A stretch of 64,000 bases of DNA from a virus: IMG/VR virus record IMGVR_UViG_3300044568_004364; one strand, written 5' to 3'. The translations under genes were made by a program, and so were the position numbers. Positions 1 to 9,424 of the stretch are shown one piece after another. Positions within the stretch are counted from its first letter, which is position 1, and each line of letters begins with the position of its first letter. A model generated the notes under the pieces. It was not told the origin of the DNA. It ran no database searches and saw nothing but the letters and a program-made list of their open reading frames with translations.

Positions 1-975
1 CCCAGCCAGCCTTCCTTTTAGTGAACTTAAATCAAATTTTCTTTTTCCGAGTACATCAAGAACTGCTTTAAAGTATTTCTTATATCCATTTCCCACGGTT
101 CTATATGAATTTTTCCCGTGGTAATTATTAACAACGTATGTTGCTAATGATTGTGTTGTTTTTTTATTGATAGCGGCAATTTCGTCTTCCAATGATTTTT
201 CTTCAAGAGTCTCTTCAGATGTTGACTCTAACTTTTCTTTGATTGGTGCCATTCTTTGATACTTGTCAGTATTTGGATATTTGCTACGAACAATTTCAAT
301 TGCTTTTTGCGCAATCATTTTTGTTTCTTTAGCACCATTTGGCTTCATGACTGCATCATACATTTTTTCCAGCAGTTTATAAATTTCTGGATAACGCTTA
401 TGGATTTCCTCGCGAGACACACGGAAGGATATGTTTGTAACATCAGTAAGTTTATTATCGGGGAGGTCAATAATGCTTTGTAATTCGTCAATAAGTACAG
501 CTGGTGTTAATGACTTATAACCACGAGCTTCATTTAATTTAGTGAGCGCGCTCAACACAAAATCGGAACTGCCAATCTTTCGTTGATTAAATGTGATCTT
601 TGTCTTTGGCAAGTCTTTTGCTTTGAATGTAATACTGTTTACGCCAATTTCAAGTACTCTTCCAAAGTTGGTATCATCACCAATGTTGAGAGTTGCTACT
701 TTCTTTACAATGTCAATTGTATTTTCATTTAGCGGTGCGCCAAGAGCTTTACGTGCTGCTTCTAAAATAGATTCTGTGTTTTCCATATTTGTATTTGATT
801 CTTTAAATAGGTCAAGACGAAGAGATGTTAGTGGAATAAGACTAGATCCAATACCACGAACGGCAAGACGTCCATCTTTCATCTTAACAACTTTTTCTTT
901 AAAGGTAAGAGGACCGTTATACCATACAACGATATCGCCAACCGTAAGAGTATTTATATCCTTTACCGCTGTCAT
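1..975 (-). CDS. Hypothetical late protein, runs off the window start
   Basis: Hand-translated open frame MTAVKDINTL...MENTESILEAARK... from ATG 975, behind TATAAATA at 981-988. Confidence 0.7.
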   Translation of the reverse strand, partial: MTAVKDINTLTVGDIVVWYNGPLTFKEKVVKMKDGRLAVRGIGSSLIPLTSLRLDLFKESNTNMENTESILEAARKALGAPLNENTIDIVKKVATLNIGDDTNFGRVLEIGVNSITFKAKDLPKTKITFNQRKIGSSDFVLSALTKLNEARGYKSLTPAVLIDELQSIIDLPDNKLTDVTNISFRVSREEIHKRYPEIYKLLEKMYDAVMKPNGAKETKMIAQKAIEIVRSKYPNTDKYQRMAPIKEKLESTSEETLEEKSLEDEIAAINKKTTQSLATYVVNNYHGKNSYRTVGNGYKKYFKAVLDVLGKRKFDLSSLKGRLAG

Positions 976-983
976 AAATCTAT

Positions 984-1679
984 TTATACTTTCTCATATT
1001 CAAAGAGTTCTGAAATATCAAGTATGCGACTAATCACGCCATTTCGCGGCATGCTTGCACGACAATGAAAGTGTCCACAGTAGTGTCGCTTAGCACCACA
1101 CTTCAATAGTAACTCGTCCACCTGCTTGCGCTCAACTTTTAACTCGTCCCATAGTGTAGGATCACGGTCAATAACCCATTGTATGCCATTCTTGTCTTGT
1201 GGACCAACCCAAGTTGGAGCGGTATGCGTGATAAGTACATCACACTCTGTTACTAGGTCTTCATCATAAGTCAATCTTTCACCGCTCCACCAACTACGAC
1301 CTGGGACTCGTTGCACGCGATCAATGCTAACCGCGCCACCTACAAACAAGAAGCATTCATCATTAATATTTAGCGTGCTATAGTCAGGCAATAACTTTAA
1401 GTTGTCATAAAGATGATCGCCGTTAAAATAACTAGGATCATCATGGTTGCCGCGTATAGCATACATCACAATGCCACGATTACTTAGCTCAGAGTCAATC
1501 ACACTCAACGATTTGCATTCGACTTTAGGATCCTCTCTAAAGCCAACACCAACATCTCCAACGTGTAATATAACAGCATCACGCAAACTTATGCGATCAA
1601 ACAAATGAAAGAGGCTACTCCACTCACCATGAGTGTCGCCAAGTAATAATAATCGGTCTGTCTTTATATTCGTATTCAT
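984..1679 (-). CDS. Calcineurin-like metallophosphoesterase
   Basis: GDTHG, VGD, GNHD, TH and GHFH motifs. Confidence 0.9.
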   Translation of the reverse strand: MNTNIKTDRLLLLGDTHGEWSSLFHLFDRISLRDAVILHVGDVGVGFREDPKVECKSLSVIDSELSNRGIVMYAIRGNHDDPSYFNGDHLYDNLKLLPDYSTLNINDECFLFVGGAVSIDRVQRVPGRSWWSGERLTYDEDLVTECDVLITHTAPTWVGPQDKNGIQWVIDRDPTLWDELKVERKQVDELLLKCGAKRHYCGHFHCRASMPRNGVISRILDISELFEYEKV

Positions 1680-1702
1680 AATCTTGTAGTTCTACATTTT
1701 CT

Positions 1703-1843
1703 TCAATAGTCATAAGCATATTCTAACACCTGCGCACGAACAGGGTTCCCAACAGAGTCCTCAACAGAGTCCTCAACAGAGTCCCCAACAGAGTTCCAAA
1801 CAGAGTTCCTAACAGAGTTCAATATTTTTTCTTCGGTAATCAT
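1703..1843 (-). CDS. SVxx-repeat microprotein (orphan copy)
   Basis: MITEEKILNSVRNSVWNSVGDSVEDSVEDSVGNPVRAQVLEYAYDY, paralog of 51711-51911. Confidence 0.7.
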   Translation of the reverse strand: MITEEKILNSVRNSVWNSVGDSVEDSVEDSVGNPVRAQVLEYAYDY

Positions 1844-1853
1844 AATAAAAAAT

Positions 1854-1933
1854 TGGCGCCCTGAAGAGGACTCGAACCTCCATTGACTCCGATTACGGTA
1901 CTACTGCTTAGAAGGCAGTTCCGGTATCAGGGC
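1854..1933 (-). tRNA. Atypical tRNA-Arg(TCT)-like RNA with no D arm and a long variable region
   Basis: Acceptor GCCCTGA/TCAGGGC+GCCA, loop CTTCTAA, T arm GGAGG-TTCGAGT-CCTCT. Confidence 0.6.
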
Positions 1934-1938
1934 AAAAT

Positions 1939-2025
1939 TGGTACCAATGGTGGGACTCGAACCCACACGCCCATAAGGACAACGGATTTTAAATCCGCGA
2001 CGTCTACCAATTCCGCCACATTGGC
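1939..2025 (-). tRNA. tRNA-Leu(TAA)
   Basis: Cloverleaf with long variable arm and encoded CCA. Confidence 0.95.
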
Positions 2026-2036
2026 ATGTGTTTTAT

Positions 2037-2282
2037 TTATAGCGACTTTAGCAACTCTACAATGAAAAGATCCGTTTCTGTTGCATCACGTTTAAGTTCA
2101 TCGGTTGACCATGTATGAGAACTAGTATATGTCTGTGTAACATATACTTTGTCATCACTAATAAAGTGTGAACAACTCCAATCATAACCACATTTTTTAA
2201 GTGCAGTATAAAATGATTCACGAGCAATTCGCATTCGTTCAGACTCTCCAATTTCAACAATTATTTCTCCTTTAATTTTCAT
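2037..2282 (-). CDS. Hypothetical protein
   Basis: ORF in the minus-strand operon. Confidence 0.6.
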   Translation of the reverse strand: MKIKGEIIVEIGESERMRIARESFYTALKKCGYDWSCSHFISDDKVYVTQTYTSSHTWSTDELKRDATETDLFIVELLKSL

Positions 2283-2288
2283 AATCTT

Positions 2289-2681
2289 TTATTCACATTT
2301 ACGTCCAACATAATCGCCTACAAATGTAGGAGAATCGCCATCATCAAATTCCAATATACGCTCACCAGCGTTTAGCTGTAATGGCAGTGCAGCCGCATCT
2401 TTCAGCGACATTTTCTTTGCACGCTTAGCGGCACGAGGCGCTTTTTTAGCAGCTCTTTCATTTCGCTTAGCTACCGCTGCTTTGAGTCGTTCAAGGTGTG
2501 CTGCTTTCTTAAGCTTAACTCCTTTGACCTTTGCTGCTTTTTTAGCAGCTCTTTCATTTCGCTTGGTTACAGCTGCTTTAAGGCGTTCACGACGTGCTGC
2601 TTTTTTAATTGCAATTGCCTTCTTTTTTTCGAGCTGTTCTGCCTTACGAGCAGCAGCTGTTTTTGATTTGATTTCCTTCAT
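2289..2681 (-). CDS. Lys/Ala/Arg-rich histone-H1-like early protein
   Basis: Internal repeat ERLKAAVxKRNERAAKKA twice; first gene behind an early promoter. Confidence 0.65.
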   Translation of the reverse strand: MKEIKSKTAAARKAEQLEKKKAIAIKKAARRERLKAAVTKRNERAAKKAAKVKGVKLKKAAHLERLKAAVAKRNERAAKKAPRAAKRAKKMSLKDAAALPLQLNAGERILEFDDGDSPTFVGDYVGRKCE

Positions 2682-2699
2682 AGTATTGGTTACGTGATT

Positions 2700-2756
2700 A
2701 TTATACACTAAAAAAGCACACTTGTAAAACTAAAAATGAAGAAAAATGCATTTTTT
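2700..2756 (-). promoter_or_regulatory. Early sigma70-type promoter with conserved upstream A/T block
   Basis: TTTACA-N17-TATAAT plus an AAAATGCATTTT block also seen at 48.4, 53.4 and 60.5 kb. Confidence 0.8.
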
Positions 2757-4494
2757 ATGATTTTTTTACGATTCGATCCATAAATGATGGTGAAAATAAG
2801 GTCTTATTGCTGCTGATAAACCCTTCGGCACGGCTGTCAAGAATGTATGTTATGCTCCAATCATCAGCGGAACGTGTTGTTCGTCCGCATGCTTGCTCGA
2901 GTGTTGATGCAGCTTCTCCTACATAAACATGATATGCAGTTTCATACCGCTTAGCGTTTAATGCACTACCCATGCTAGGATACGATATTTTCACGATGAT
3001 GTTAAAGCGCGCAGCATCACCTGATAGGTCAATTCCTGTTGTCAAGCTAGGTCCAATAAGAACCGCATCAGGCGCGCTATTATCCCAATCACTAAGTATG
3101 CTCATCTTTTCAACGGTGCCACGATATGGTACAAGCCTAAAGTAATGTCGTGATTCACGTGCGATCCTATCCATAATAACATTACTTGTGGTGTGTATAC
3201 AACCGCGTACACCTTTGTGTTCATCAAGTATACGATCAATCTCAGCAATGCATGCAGCCAATCCTTCATCCTGATTCTTATATGTTAGGTTAGCAACATC
3301 AAGACATACAATTGGACTGCGGCGACGATCCCAAGCGCTAGGTAAATTAAACACAACACTCTTTTCCTGTTCGCAGCCAAACCGCTGTATAAGCAGATGA
3401 GGTTGTAAGGTAGCGGACATATAGATTCTTACCTTGGAAAATTTCTTAAAGTGTCGCTGAAATAAGTGCGCATCATTAAGGTTATGATAACGCATTGCAC
3501 CATCTTGCGAACCGTCAACCACCATGCAATCATCGCCTGCTTCACTTATGATAGCTATATAATCTTCTACTTTACAATGGCGATCTTTAACGCCATCGCC
3601 CAATCGGAATAGCATTTTCACTTCACGCGGCAGCTTGTTCATTTGTTTTTTAAGCTTAGCAACATCTGCTTCATCAGCATCAAATAGTCGTGATATTGTA
3701 CCACCAATAAGTGTCGTTATTTGTTTCTTTAGCTCGCGTAATGAGCCTTCATATTCTGTTAATGCTTTTAAGTGAGCCTGTTTATCTTGACTGTTAGAGA
3801 GTCTAAATACCTTTCGTATTGCAGCTTCAACATCACGATATTGTATTTCTTCATAGTGAGCTGCAGACAGCATCATGTTTGTATTGCGCAGCCGCTCGAT
3901 ATAATCTAGCTCGACAGTGCATGCAAAATGATCTTCAATAATGTCAGGCAGCTTATGCGCTTCATCGCATATTACAAGATCACGTGGATGAAATGGTGGA
4001 TTAGCTCCAGATTCGCTCATCTTCTCGTAAACATAATTCATTTGCAGCAAGTAATAGCTGTAGTTAAAGATTGCGCGTGGACTCGCTTGTGCCGCAAGCC
4101 AACGCTGTAGGTATTCACAATTCTTTGCACACGGCATGCTTAGCGCCTCGCTGTTTGTCTTGCGCATAATCTTACACAATCCTAATGAGAACTTTTCGCC
4201 ATTCACGTGGCACTTATATGTATCAACGCCACAAACACTGGCAGCATCTCCATGAACATCACTATACTTTATGGTGTCTTCTTCATATTGTGCTTGCAGT
4301 GATTTTTCACTTGTCAATAAGTATGACAGCATGTTATGTTCTTGTGCTGCTCTCTTTGCGGTTTCTAGTGCAAGCAATCCTTTGCCACTACCTGTAGGTG
4401 CGCAAATAAAAATGTCGGTCTTGCCTTTGGCTATTGCGTCAAAGATTGCCTCAACTGTTGCAAGCTGCAACGGGCGGTATTCGAGTTTATGCAT
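2755..4494 (-). CDS. DinG/Rad3-like SF2 helicase
   Basis: APTGSGKG, DEAH, SAT and QACGRTTR motifs; Cys cluster after motif Ia. Confidence 0.85.
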   Translation of the reverse strand: MHKLEYRPLQLATVEAIFDAIAKGKTDIFICAPTGSGKGLLALETAKRAAQEHNMLSYLLTSEKSLQAQYEEDTIKYSDVHGDAASVCGVDTYKCHVNGEKFSLGLCKIMRKTNSEALSMPCAKNCEYLQRWLAAQASPRAIFNYSYYLLQMNYVYEKMSESGANPPFHPRDLVICDEAHKLPDIIEDHFACTVELDYIERLRNTNMMLSAAHYEEIQYRDVEAAIRKVFRLSNSQDKQAHLKALTEYEGSLRELKKQITTLIGGTISRLFDADEADVAKLKKQMNKLPREVKMLFRLGDGVKDRHCKVEDYIAIISEAGDDCMVVDGSQDGAMRYHNLNDAHLFQRHFKKFSKVRIYMSATLQPHLLIQRFGCEQEKSVVFNLPSAWDRRRSPIVCLDVANLTYKNQDEGLAACIAEIDRILDEHKGVRGCIHTTSNVIMDRIARESRHYFRLVPYRGTVEKMSILSDWDNSAPDAVLIGPSLTTGIDLSGDAARFNIIVKISYPSMGSALNAKRYETAYHVYVGEAASTLEQACGRTTRSADDWSITYILDSRAEGFISSNKTLFSPSFMDRIVKKS

Positions 4495-4536
4495 AAAATT
4501 ATTATAACATAAACTAGAAGAATGTAAATAAAAAAG

Positions 4537-4818
4537 TTACTTTTCGTGCAAGATATCAATAATACGCTTTTCTTCAGCCTTTAATGTTTCATATTCAACT
4601 CCTAGTTTTTTAGAGTCGGTATTAACTTTAAAAATACCATTGCTTGTCTCAAAGCCACCGCGATCTTCAATTTGAGATACGAGTTCTTTAAGACGTAGTT
4701 TAATCTTAACCAATCGTGAACCATATTCGCGCTTATCGGCGCTGTCTAGCGATTCGTTAATCATAGTGATTTCTTCAGGCGTAAAATAACTCCAAGATTT
4801 AGTAGATGACTCGCTCAT
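4537..4818 (-). CDS. Hypothetical protein
   Basis: ORF in operon. Confidence 0.6.
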   Translation of the reverse strand: MSESSTKSWSYFTPEEITMINESLDSADKREYGSRLVKIKLRLKELVSQIEDRGGFETSNGIFKVNTDSKKLGVEYETLKAEEKRIIDILHEK

Positions 4819-4828
4819 ACCATATTAT

Positions 4829-6298
4829 TTATTTTATTTTCATGCCAACTCGCACTGCATCAAACAGCGCAGTTGTATCTTTAAAGCTGCTTGGCACACC
4901 TTTTTTAAATGTTGCCATATCATTTGCTTTTGCAGCATCTCGCAATTTTGTTGAACTCATACCTGTTGCATCATCAGAGTCAGGATCGCGTTCAGTGTTA
5001 CTTACAACAGTAATACCGTCAACAAAATGATACTTATTGCTGCCGTTATAACGATTTAGGAGTTCTGTAAATCCTTCAACACGGTCACTGCCACATACAA
5101 GTGTTAATGCAGTATAACCTTTCTTATGTAGGTATACCACAGCATTAAGAACTGTTTTGATGTTAGGATCCTCTACAATATTCTTTGCATACTTTGGAAA
5201 AATCTTACGTAAAAAATCCATCTTAACTTCATAAGGCAACGGATTCTTTTTGGGATCTTGTGTTTGTGAAGAAAAGATTAGAAACTTTCGTCCAGCAGCA
5301 ACCTGCTCTAGTTTCTTAAAGAGGCTTTCGTGTCCAGTATTTGGTGGCTGAAAACGTCCAAACACCATTACTATTTCTTTCTTTTGTGCTTCAGCCAAAC
5401 GATCTTTAACCTTACTTGCTTTGAATGCTGGAGTAGTTACTTTAATATCTCTCCCGTTTATGGTAAGTACCAATCCTTCAATTTCAGGACCTAGCTTAAA
5501 CTTATCAAGGATTGACTCGTGATCCAATATGTATTCTGCAACTTCATCTTTAACACTCTGTATAATTGCACGTAGGTTTGCCTTAGCTTCACGATCATCT
5601 CGCTTAAGCGATTTTAGAGTCTCTTTAGCTTCTTTGCCCAAGCTAAGAATAGGATCAATCATGCCAGAGATATCAATGTCGCCTTTCATTGAAAGCGAAG
5701 GACTCATGACGCGTATGCGTTCATTTGAAGTGGCTATAATATCAGAAAGTATTCTCTCTTCATCTGGATGCGGAGCACCGTTGGAAGAATATACAACAGC
5801 ATGCGGAAATAGTGTTAGGTGCGAGCCCAACTTATTCTTATCATACTTTACAGTTACAAATGTAATACCATCATCATCCAATGCTGCCATCGGATTATAG
5901 AAAATTTCTGTAATAACTTTAACATCATTTGGTACAGCCTTCATTGCAGCCGAACTCATGATGTCATCAAACAAGTTATCATATTGCTGTGCTCTTAGGA
6001 GTGTCTCACCAGATGAGCCGCGTCCTTGTGCATATGTTGAGAATGCGCCACGATCAAAGACTGGTCCGCTGCGTGAACTCTCAAAAAACGGTTTGCCGTT
6101 TGCGTCGCGTCCAAAGCGTGCACCCAATCCATCAATCTTTAATGCAACCTTTAGGTTCTTTAGCTTGCCCCGCATTGCACCTGATATGCTGCGTACAAAT
6201 TCAATAAATTCAAGGTCGTTCATCTTTTGCAGATGCAACATATTTTGACGCGTTGTAGCGACAACCTCTTCAGTTAAGTATCTTTTAAATGATAACAT
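4829..6298 (-). CDS. Ligase-fold nucleotidyltransferase domain fused to a T4-like cytidyltransferase domain
   Basis: KIDG, EGLVL and KV motifs; C-terminal FGRFQPPNTGH, GSDR, MSSTKLR; start MLSFKRYLTEE. Confidence 0.75.
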   Translation of the reverse strand: MLSFKRYLTEEVVATTRQNMLHLQKMNDLEFIEFVRSISGAMRGKLKNLKVALKIDGLGARFGRDANGKPFFESSRSGPVFDRGAFSTYAQGRGSSGETLLRAQQYDNLFDDIMSSAAMKAVPNDVKVITEIFYNPMAALDDDGITFVTVKYDKNKLGSHLTLFPHAVVYSSNGAPHPDEERILSDIIATSNERIRVMSPSLSMKGDIDISGMIDPILSLGKEAKETLKSLKRDDREAKANLRAIIQSVKDEVAEYILDHESILDKFKLGPEIEGLVLTINGRDIKVTTPAFKASKVKDRLAEAQKKEIVMVFGRFQPPNTGHESLFKKLEQVAAGRKFLIFSSQTQDPKKNPLPYEVKMDFLRKIFPKYAKNIVEDPNIKTVLNAVVYLHKKGYTALTLVCGSDRVEGFTELLNRYNGSNKYHFVDGITVVSNTERDPDSDDATGMSSTKLRDAAKANDMATFKKGVPSSFKDTTALFDAVRVGMKIK

Positions 6299-6299
6299 T

Positions 6300-7400
6300 T
6301 TATTTGTATCCTTTGTAATATTCTGCACGCATATCATCAATAGCAGCACGGTCATATTGTGCTCCAATGATTTCGGTAAGTTTTAAGAATGCTGCCATCT
6401 TTTCGGCATTATCTCGTTCAGCATCACCACGATATAATCCTTGTGCGCCTTTTTCAAATAATATATTTGCAAATGCATTGATTAATCGTGTTTGTTCTGC
6501 TGGTGCAATATATTTCTTAATGAGTTCCGCTGCGCCAATAAACGAATCCATCATCTTCATATCCGCATCTGATGGCGTACGCTCAAAGAGTACTTTAAAG
6601 ATAACTTTAAGATCCGTAATATATGTTGATTCACTTGTTGGTATTTCACGATAGACATATAATCCATCCTGCATCATGTGTTTACCTACGCCATCTAGGA
6701 CTGGTGCTATTTTGGTGCGCAATCCATGCTGTACACTAAATGCAAGATCAGATGCTTTAATTTTCGTAGGTGTTTCTTTCTTACCTTTAAGAATGATAAT
6801 ATCACGCAGTGTTTTTGCAGATGCTGCTCTCATAATGTATTTATGAAACACACCTTTAATACCTGCTGTAATATCATTCCATGCAGATGAATGCGAGAAC
6901 ATGCTCCATGCTGTTGGTTTGCCATAAGCAAAGTCAACAAGTTCCATATCTACTTGAATGTTAATGCCAAACTCTGGGAAAGCCCAAAGCGTAATATATT
7001 GCCCCGCGCTTTTCTTAAATCCAATGAGTGAAGCATCACCAAAAGTTTTACCAGTTATGGCTTTAAGAAACTCGCCAAGGTTTTCATCTTGTATCTTATC
7101 AACCTGAGTATCTACATCGCCTACTGTATTCTTATACTTAGTAAATTCGGCTGTAGGAATTGCGCGGTTAAAAAAGTGGAATGCGCTGCCGCTAAGAAAC
7201 TCCTTGCTCTTAAAGAGTTCGCCACTCCATAATGGTAGTCCATACTTTTTCTTGTATGCTTTGTTAACTGCATCTAGTGTGCGGTCAATTTGCACCGTTA
7301 CACTATCACGGTTAATCTTTGTTAGGTCAATGCGATCTGCACCTTGGTCGCCCAACATTAAATTTCCGCCTTCAAGAATATATTGTTTAAATGATTTCAT
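6300..7400 (-). CDS. Pol-beta-superfamily nucleotidyltransferase-like protein
   Basis: SGS...GDVD...QVD motif; start MKSFKQYILE; late promoter at 7437-7444. Confidence 0.65.
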   Translation of the reverse strand: MKSFKQYILEGGNLMLGDQGADRIDLTKINRDSVTVQIDRTLDAVNKAYKKKYGLPLWSGELFKSKEFLSGSAFHFFNRAIPTAEFTKYKNTVGDVDTQVDKIQDENLGEFLKAITGKTFGDASLIGFKKSAGQYITLWAFPEFGINIQVDMELVDFAYGKPTAWSMFSHSSAWNDITAGIKGVFHKYIMRAASAKTLRDIIILKGKKETPTKIKASDLAFSVQHGLRTKIAPVLDGVGKHMMQDGLYVYREIPTSESTYITDLKVIFKVLFERTPSDADMKMMDSFIGAAELIKKYIAPAEQTRLINAFANILFEKGAQGLYRGDAERDNAEKMAAFLKLTEIIGAQYDRAAIDDMRAEYYKGYK

Positions 7401-7460
7401 GTGATTTTGTAGCCAATAACTTTACTCGTAATAATCTATTTATAATAGATGCAACTTAAA

Positions 7461-7549
7461 TGGCGGAAGCAGAGGGACTCGAACCCCCGAGGGCTTTATA
7501 GGCCCCAGCTGTTTTCAAGACAGTGTCCTCGACCAGCCGGACTACTTCC
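7461..7549 (-). tRNA. tRNA-Ser(TGA)
   Basis: Cloverleaf, long variable arm, GCCA end. Confidence 0.95.
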
Positions 7550-7558
7550 ATAAAATTT

Positions 7559-7635
7559 TGGTACACAGGGTGGGACTCGAACCCACAAAACCTTGCTTCT
7601 AAGGCAAGTACGTAAACCAATTCCGTCACCTGTGC
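7559..7635 (-). tRNA. tRNA-Leu(TAG) with short variable arm
   Basis: Loop CTTAGAA, CCA end. Confidence 0.9.
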
Positions 7636-7637
7636 AT

Positions 7638-7957
7638 TGGTGGAGACGACGGGAGTTGAACCCGTGTCCATGACGTGTGCGATTATACAATCTACAACTT
7701 ATTCTCATTTATTCAGACGAGACTCTTAGACACTTATCGTTGTGTCACGACAGCGTTATTCACAATGCTGTACAAATAGATACCGTTCGTGGTATCAACT
7801 ATCCTATGCCGTGCGAATGACAATATAGGAGTCATGTCATTCGACTCACTTAAGCAGCGAGAGCAAGTGTATTTTTGCCGTTTAGTTTTTTGACGAAGGG
7901 AGTCACCCGTGTGTTGCAATATAATCTCTCATGTCATGTCGAAACCATGACATCCCC
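7638..7957 (-). ncRNA. ssrA: tmRNA
   Basis: 5' GGGGATG...TTCGAC, 3' GGGTTCAACTCCC...CTCCACCA, tag frame GKNTLALAA* at 7850-7879. Confidence 0.93.
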
Positions 7958-7964
7958 ATTAAAA

Positions 7965-8528
7965 TTAATTATTTCGATTTTTCCAAACTTTTGCCGCGCG
8001 GAAAAGATGTGCTCCAACTTCATCATGCAGACGATCATCAAATCCCATTCCACCAAACCCGCCATAAATCATATAGTTTGATAGTGTGAAAAACAATTCT
8101 TCCAATTCATCTTCATCTATATCTTCTGCAGCTGCCATTATTTTACGAACAAGTGGATATGTTGGAGTTTTAAGAGCTTCATCAATTGTTTCTTCAACAA
8201 GATCTACTTTCTGATTTTTTTCAAAAGGAACTACGGTTGTATAGTTTCCAGCTTTTACACGTATGTTTACCAGTTTCCCAGGATGAGTTTTTGAATCCAT
8301 TGCGTCATCTGTCGCAATAACAGTATATGCTTTTGAGATGTCTACACCTTTTCCTGGGATTTTTAGATTTGCTTTAAAAGAGTCGCCCTTCTTAATGTCT
8401 TTTGCAATTTTAGTGTTGGACATTTCTTGGAGCTCAACTGTTTCATCTAATTGAGTGCATCCTGTTAAGATCTTTGTGGCCGCAGCTATAAGCGGATCGT
8501 TTTTAATGTTTGTGAAGTTTTCTTTCAT
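7965..8528 (-). CDS. Hypothetical late protein
   Basis: N-terminus ENFTNIKNDPL shared with the neighbouring gene. Confidence 0.7.
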   Translation of the reverse strand: MKENFTNIKNDPLIAAATKILTGCTQLDETVELQEMSNTKIAKDIKKGDSFKANLKIPGKGVDISKAYTVIATDDAMDSKTHPGKLVNIRVKAGNYTTVVPFEKNQKVDLVEETIDEALKTPTYPLVRKIMAAAEDIDEDELEELFFTLSNYMIYGGFGGMGFDDRLHDEVGAHLFRAAKVWKNRNN

Positions 8529-8536
8529 ATCTGTAT

Positions 8537-8827
8537 TTATTTATTTGGTCTTTTAGAAAAACGTTCTGCTGCTTTTTTAAGAAATAGCGCAGTTTCAATA
8601 TAATCATCATCTCCGTCGCGTTGGCCATTCCATTGAGTCATATATTCAAGACCATATAACAAATCTTCAAATTCCTTGGCGTCAAGCTTTGTAATTCCAG
8701 ATAGTAATTTAACTGCAGCTGGTGTTTTTGCTATACGTGAATCAGCTTCATGCAATTGACTGCCTATGATTTTTGCGGCGGCGGCTACAAGCGGATCGTT
8801 TTTAATGTTTGTAAAGTTTTCAGTCAT
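8537..8827 (-). CDS. Hypothetical late protein, partial paralog of 7965-8528
   Basis: Shared N-terminus; TATAAATA at 8841-8848. Confidence 0.7.
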   Translation of the reverse strand: MTENFTNIKNDPLVAAAAKIIGSQLHEADSRIAKTPAAVKLLSGITKLDAKEFEDLLYGLEYMTQWNGQRDGDDDYIETALFLKKAAERFSKRPNK

Positions 8828-8853
8828 ATTGTTATTTATCTATTTATAAAAAT

Positions 8854-8927
8854 TGGTAGCCCATGCTGGTATCGAACCAACTTCTCACGGGTCAAAGCCG
8901 TGTGCATTACCTTTATGCTAATGGGCA
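8854..8927 (-). tRNA. tRNA-Gln(TTG)
   Basis: Cloverleaf, CCA. Confidence 0.93.
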
Positions 8928-8929
8928 AT

Positions 8930-9004
8930 TGGAGTTGCGTGTGTGAATCGAACACACCAAGACGAGATTTGCAATCTCGCGCCTAACCATTTGGCTTACG
9001 CAAC
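8930..9004 (-). tRNA. tRNA-Cys(GCA)
   Basis: Cloverleaf, TCCA end. Confidence 0.93.
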
Positions 9005-9009
9005 AAAAA

Positions 9010-9099
9010 TGGCGGAGACAGCAGGATTTGAACCTGCGCAACCGATCAAGGTTGACTACTGTTTAGCAAACAGCTACATTACCACTCTGTCATATCTCC
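9010..9099 (-). tRNA. tRNA-Ser(GCT)
   Basis: Cloverleaf, long variable arm. Confidence 0.93.
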
Positions 9100-9102
9100 G
9101 TA

Positions 9103-9176
9103 TGGTAAGGGATGAAGGTAACGCTCCCTCGTATATTGCGTGTAAAGCAATCGTTCTACTTTTGAACTAATCCCCC
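9103..9176 (-). tRNA. tRNA-Val(TAC)
   Basis: Cloverleaf with non-canonical T loop AGCGTTA. Confidence 0.85.
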
Positions 9177-9276
9177 ATTATAAAAATTTGAAGGCCCGTT
9201 AACATCAACACTTTGGAGATATTGACATGCGAGTTCAACCGACGGGCCAAGCGGTTTAGACACCCTCTCGCAAAAA

Positions 9277-9288
9277 TGGTGCACTCTC
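9277..9288 (-). pseudogene. 3' fragment of disrupted tRNA-Arg(ACG)
   Basis: GAGAGTGCACCA pairs with the GCACTCT acceptor at 10279-10285. Confidence 0.8.
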
Positions 9289-9344
9289 AATTCATCAGTT
9301 TATTATATATTATGTACATTTATTTTAAATTATATAATACAAAA

Positions 9345-9419
9345 TGGTGGCCTGTTGAGGAATCGAACCTCAATTTGGAGTTTCGTAAACTCTCGTCTTA
9401 TCCATTGGACCAACAGGCC
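9345..9419 (-). tRNA. tRNA-Arg(ACG), intact copy inside the HNH insertion
   Basis: GGCCTGT/ACAGGCC+ACCA, loop TTACGAA. Confidence 0.9.
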
Positions 9420-9424
9420 TTTTT

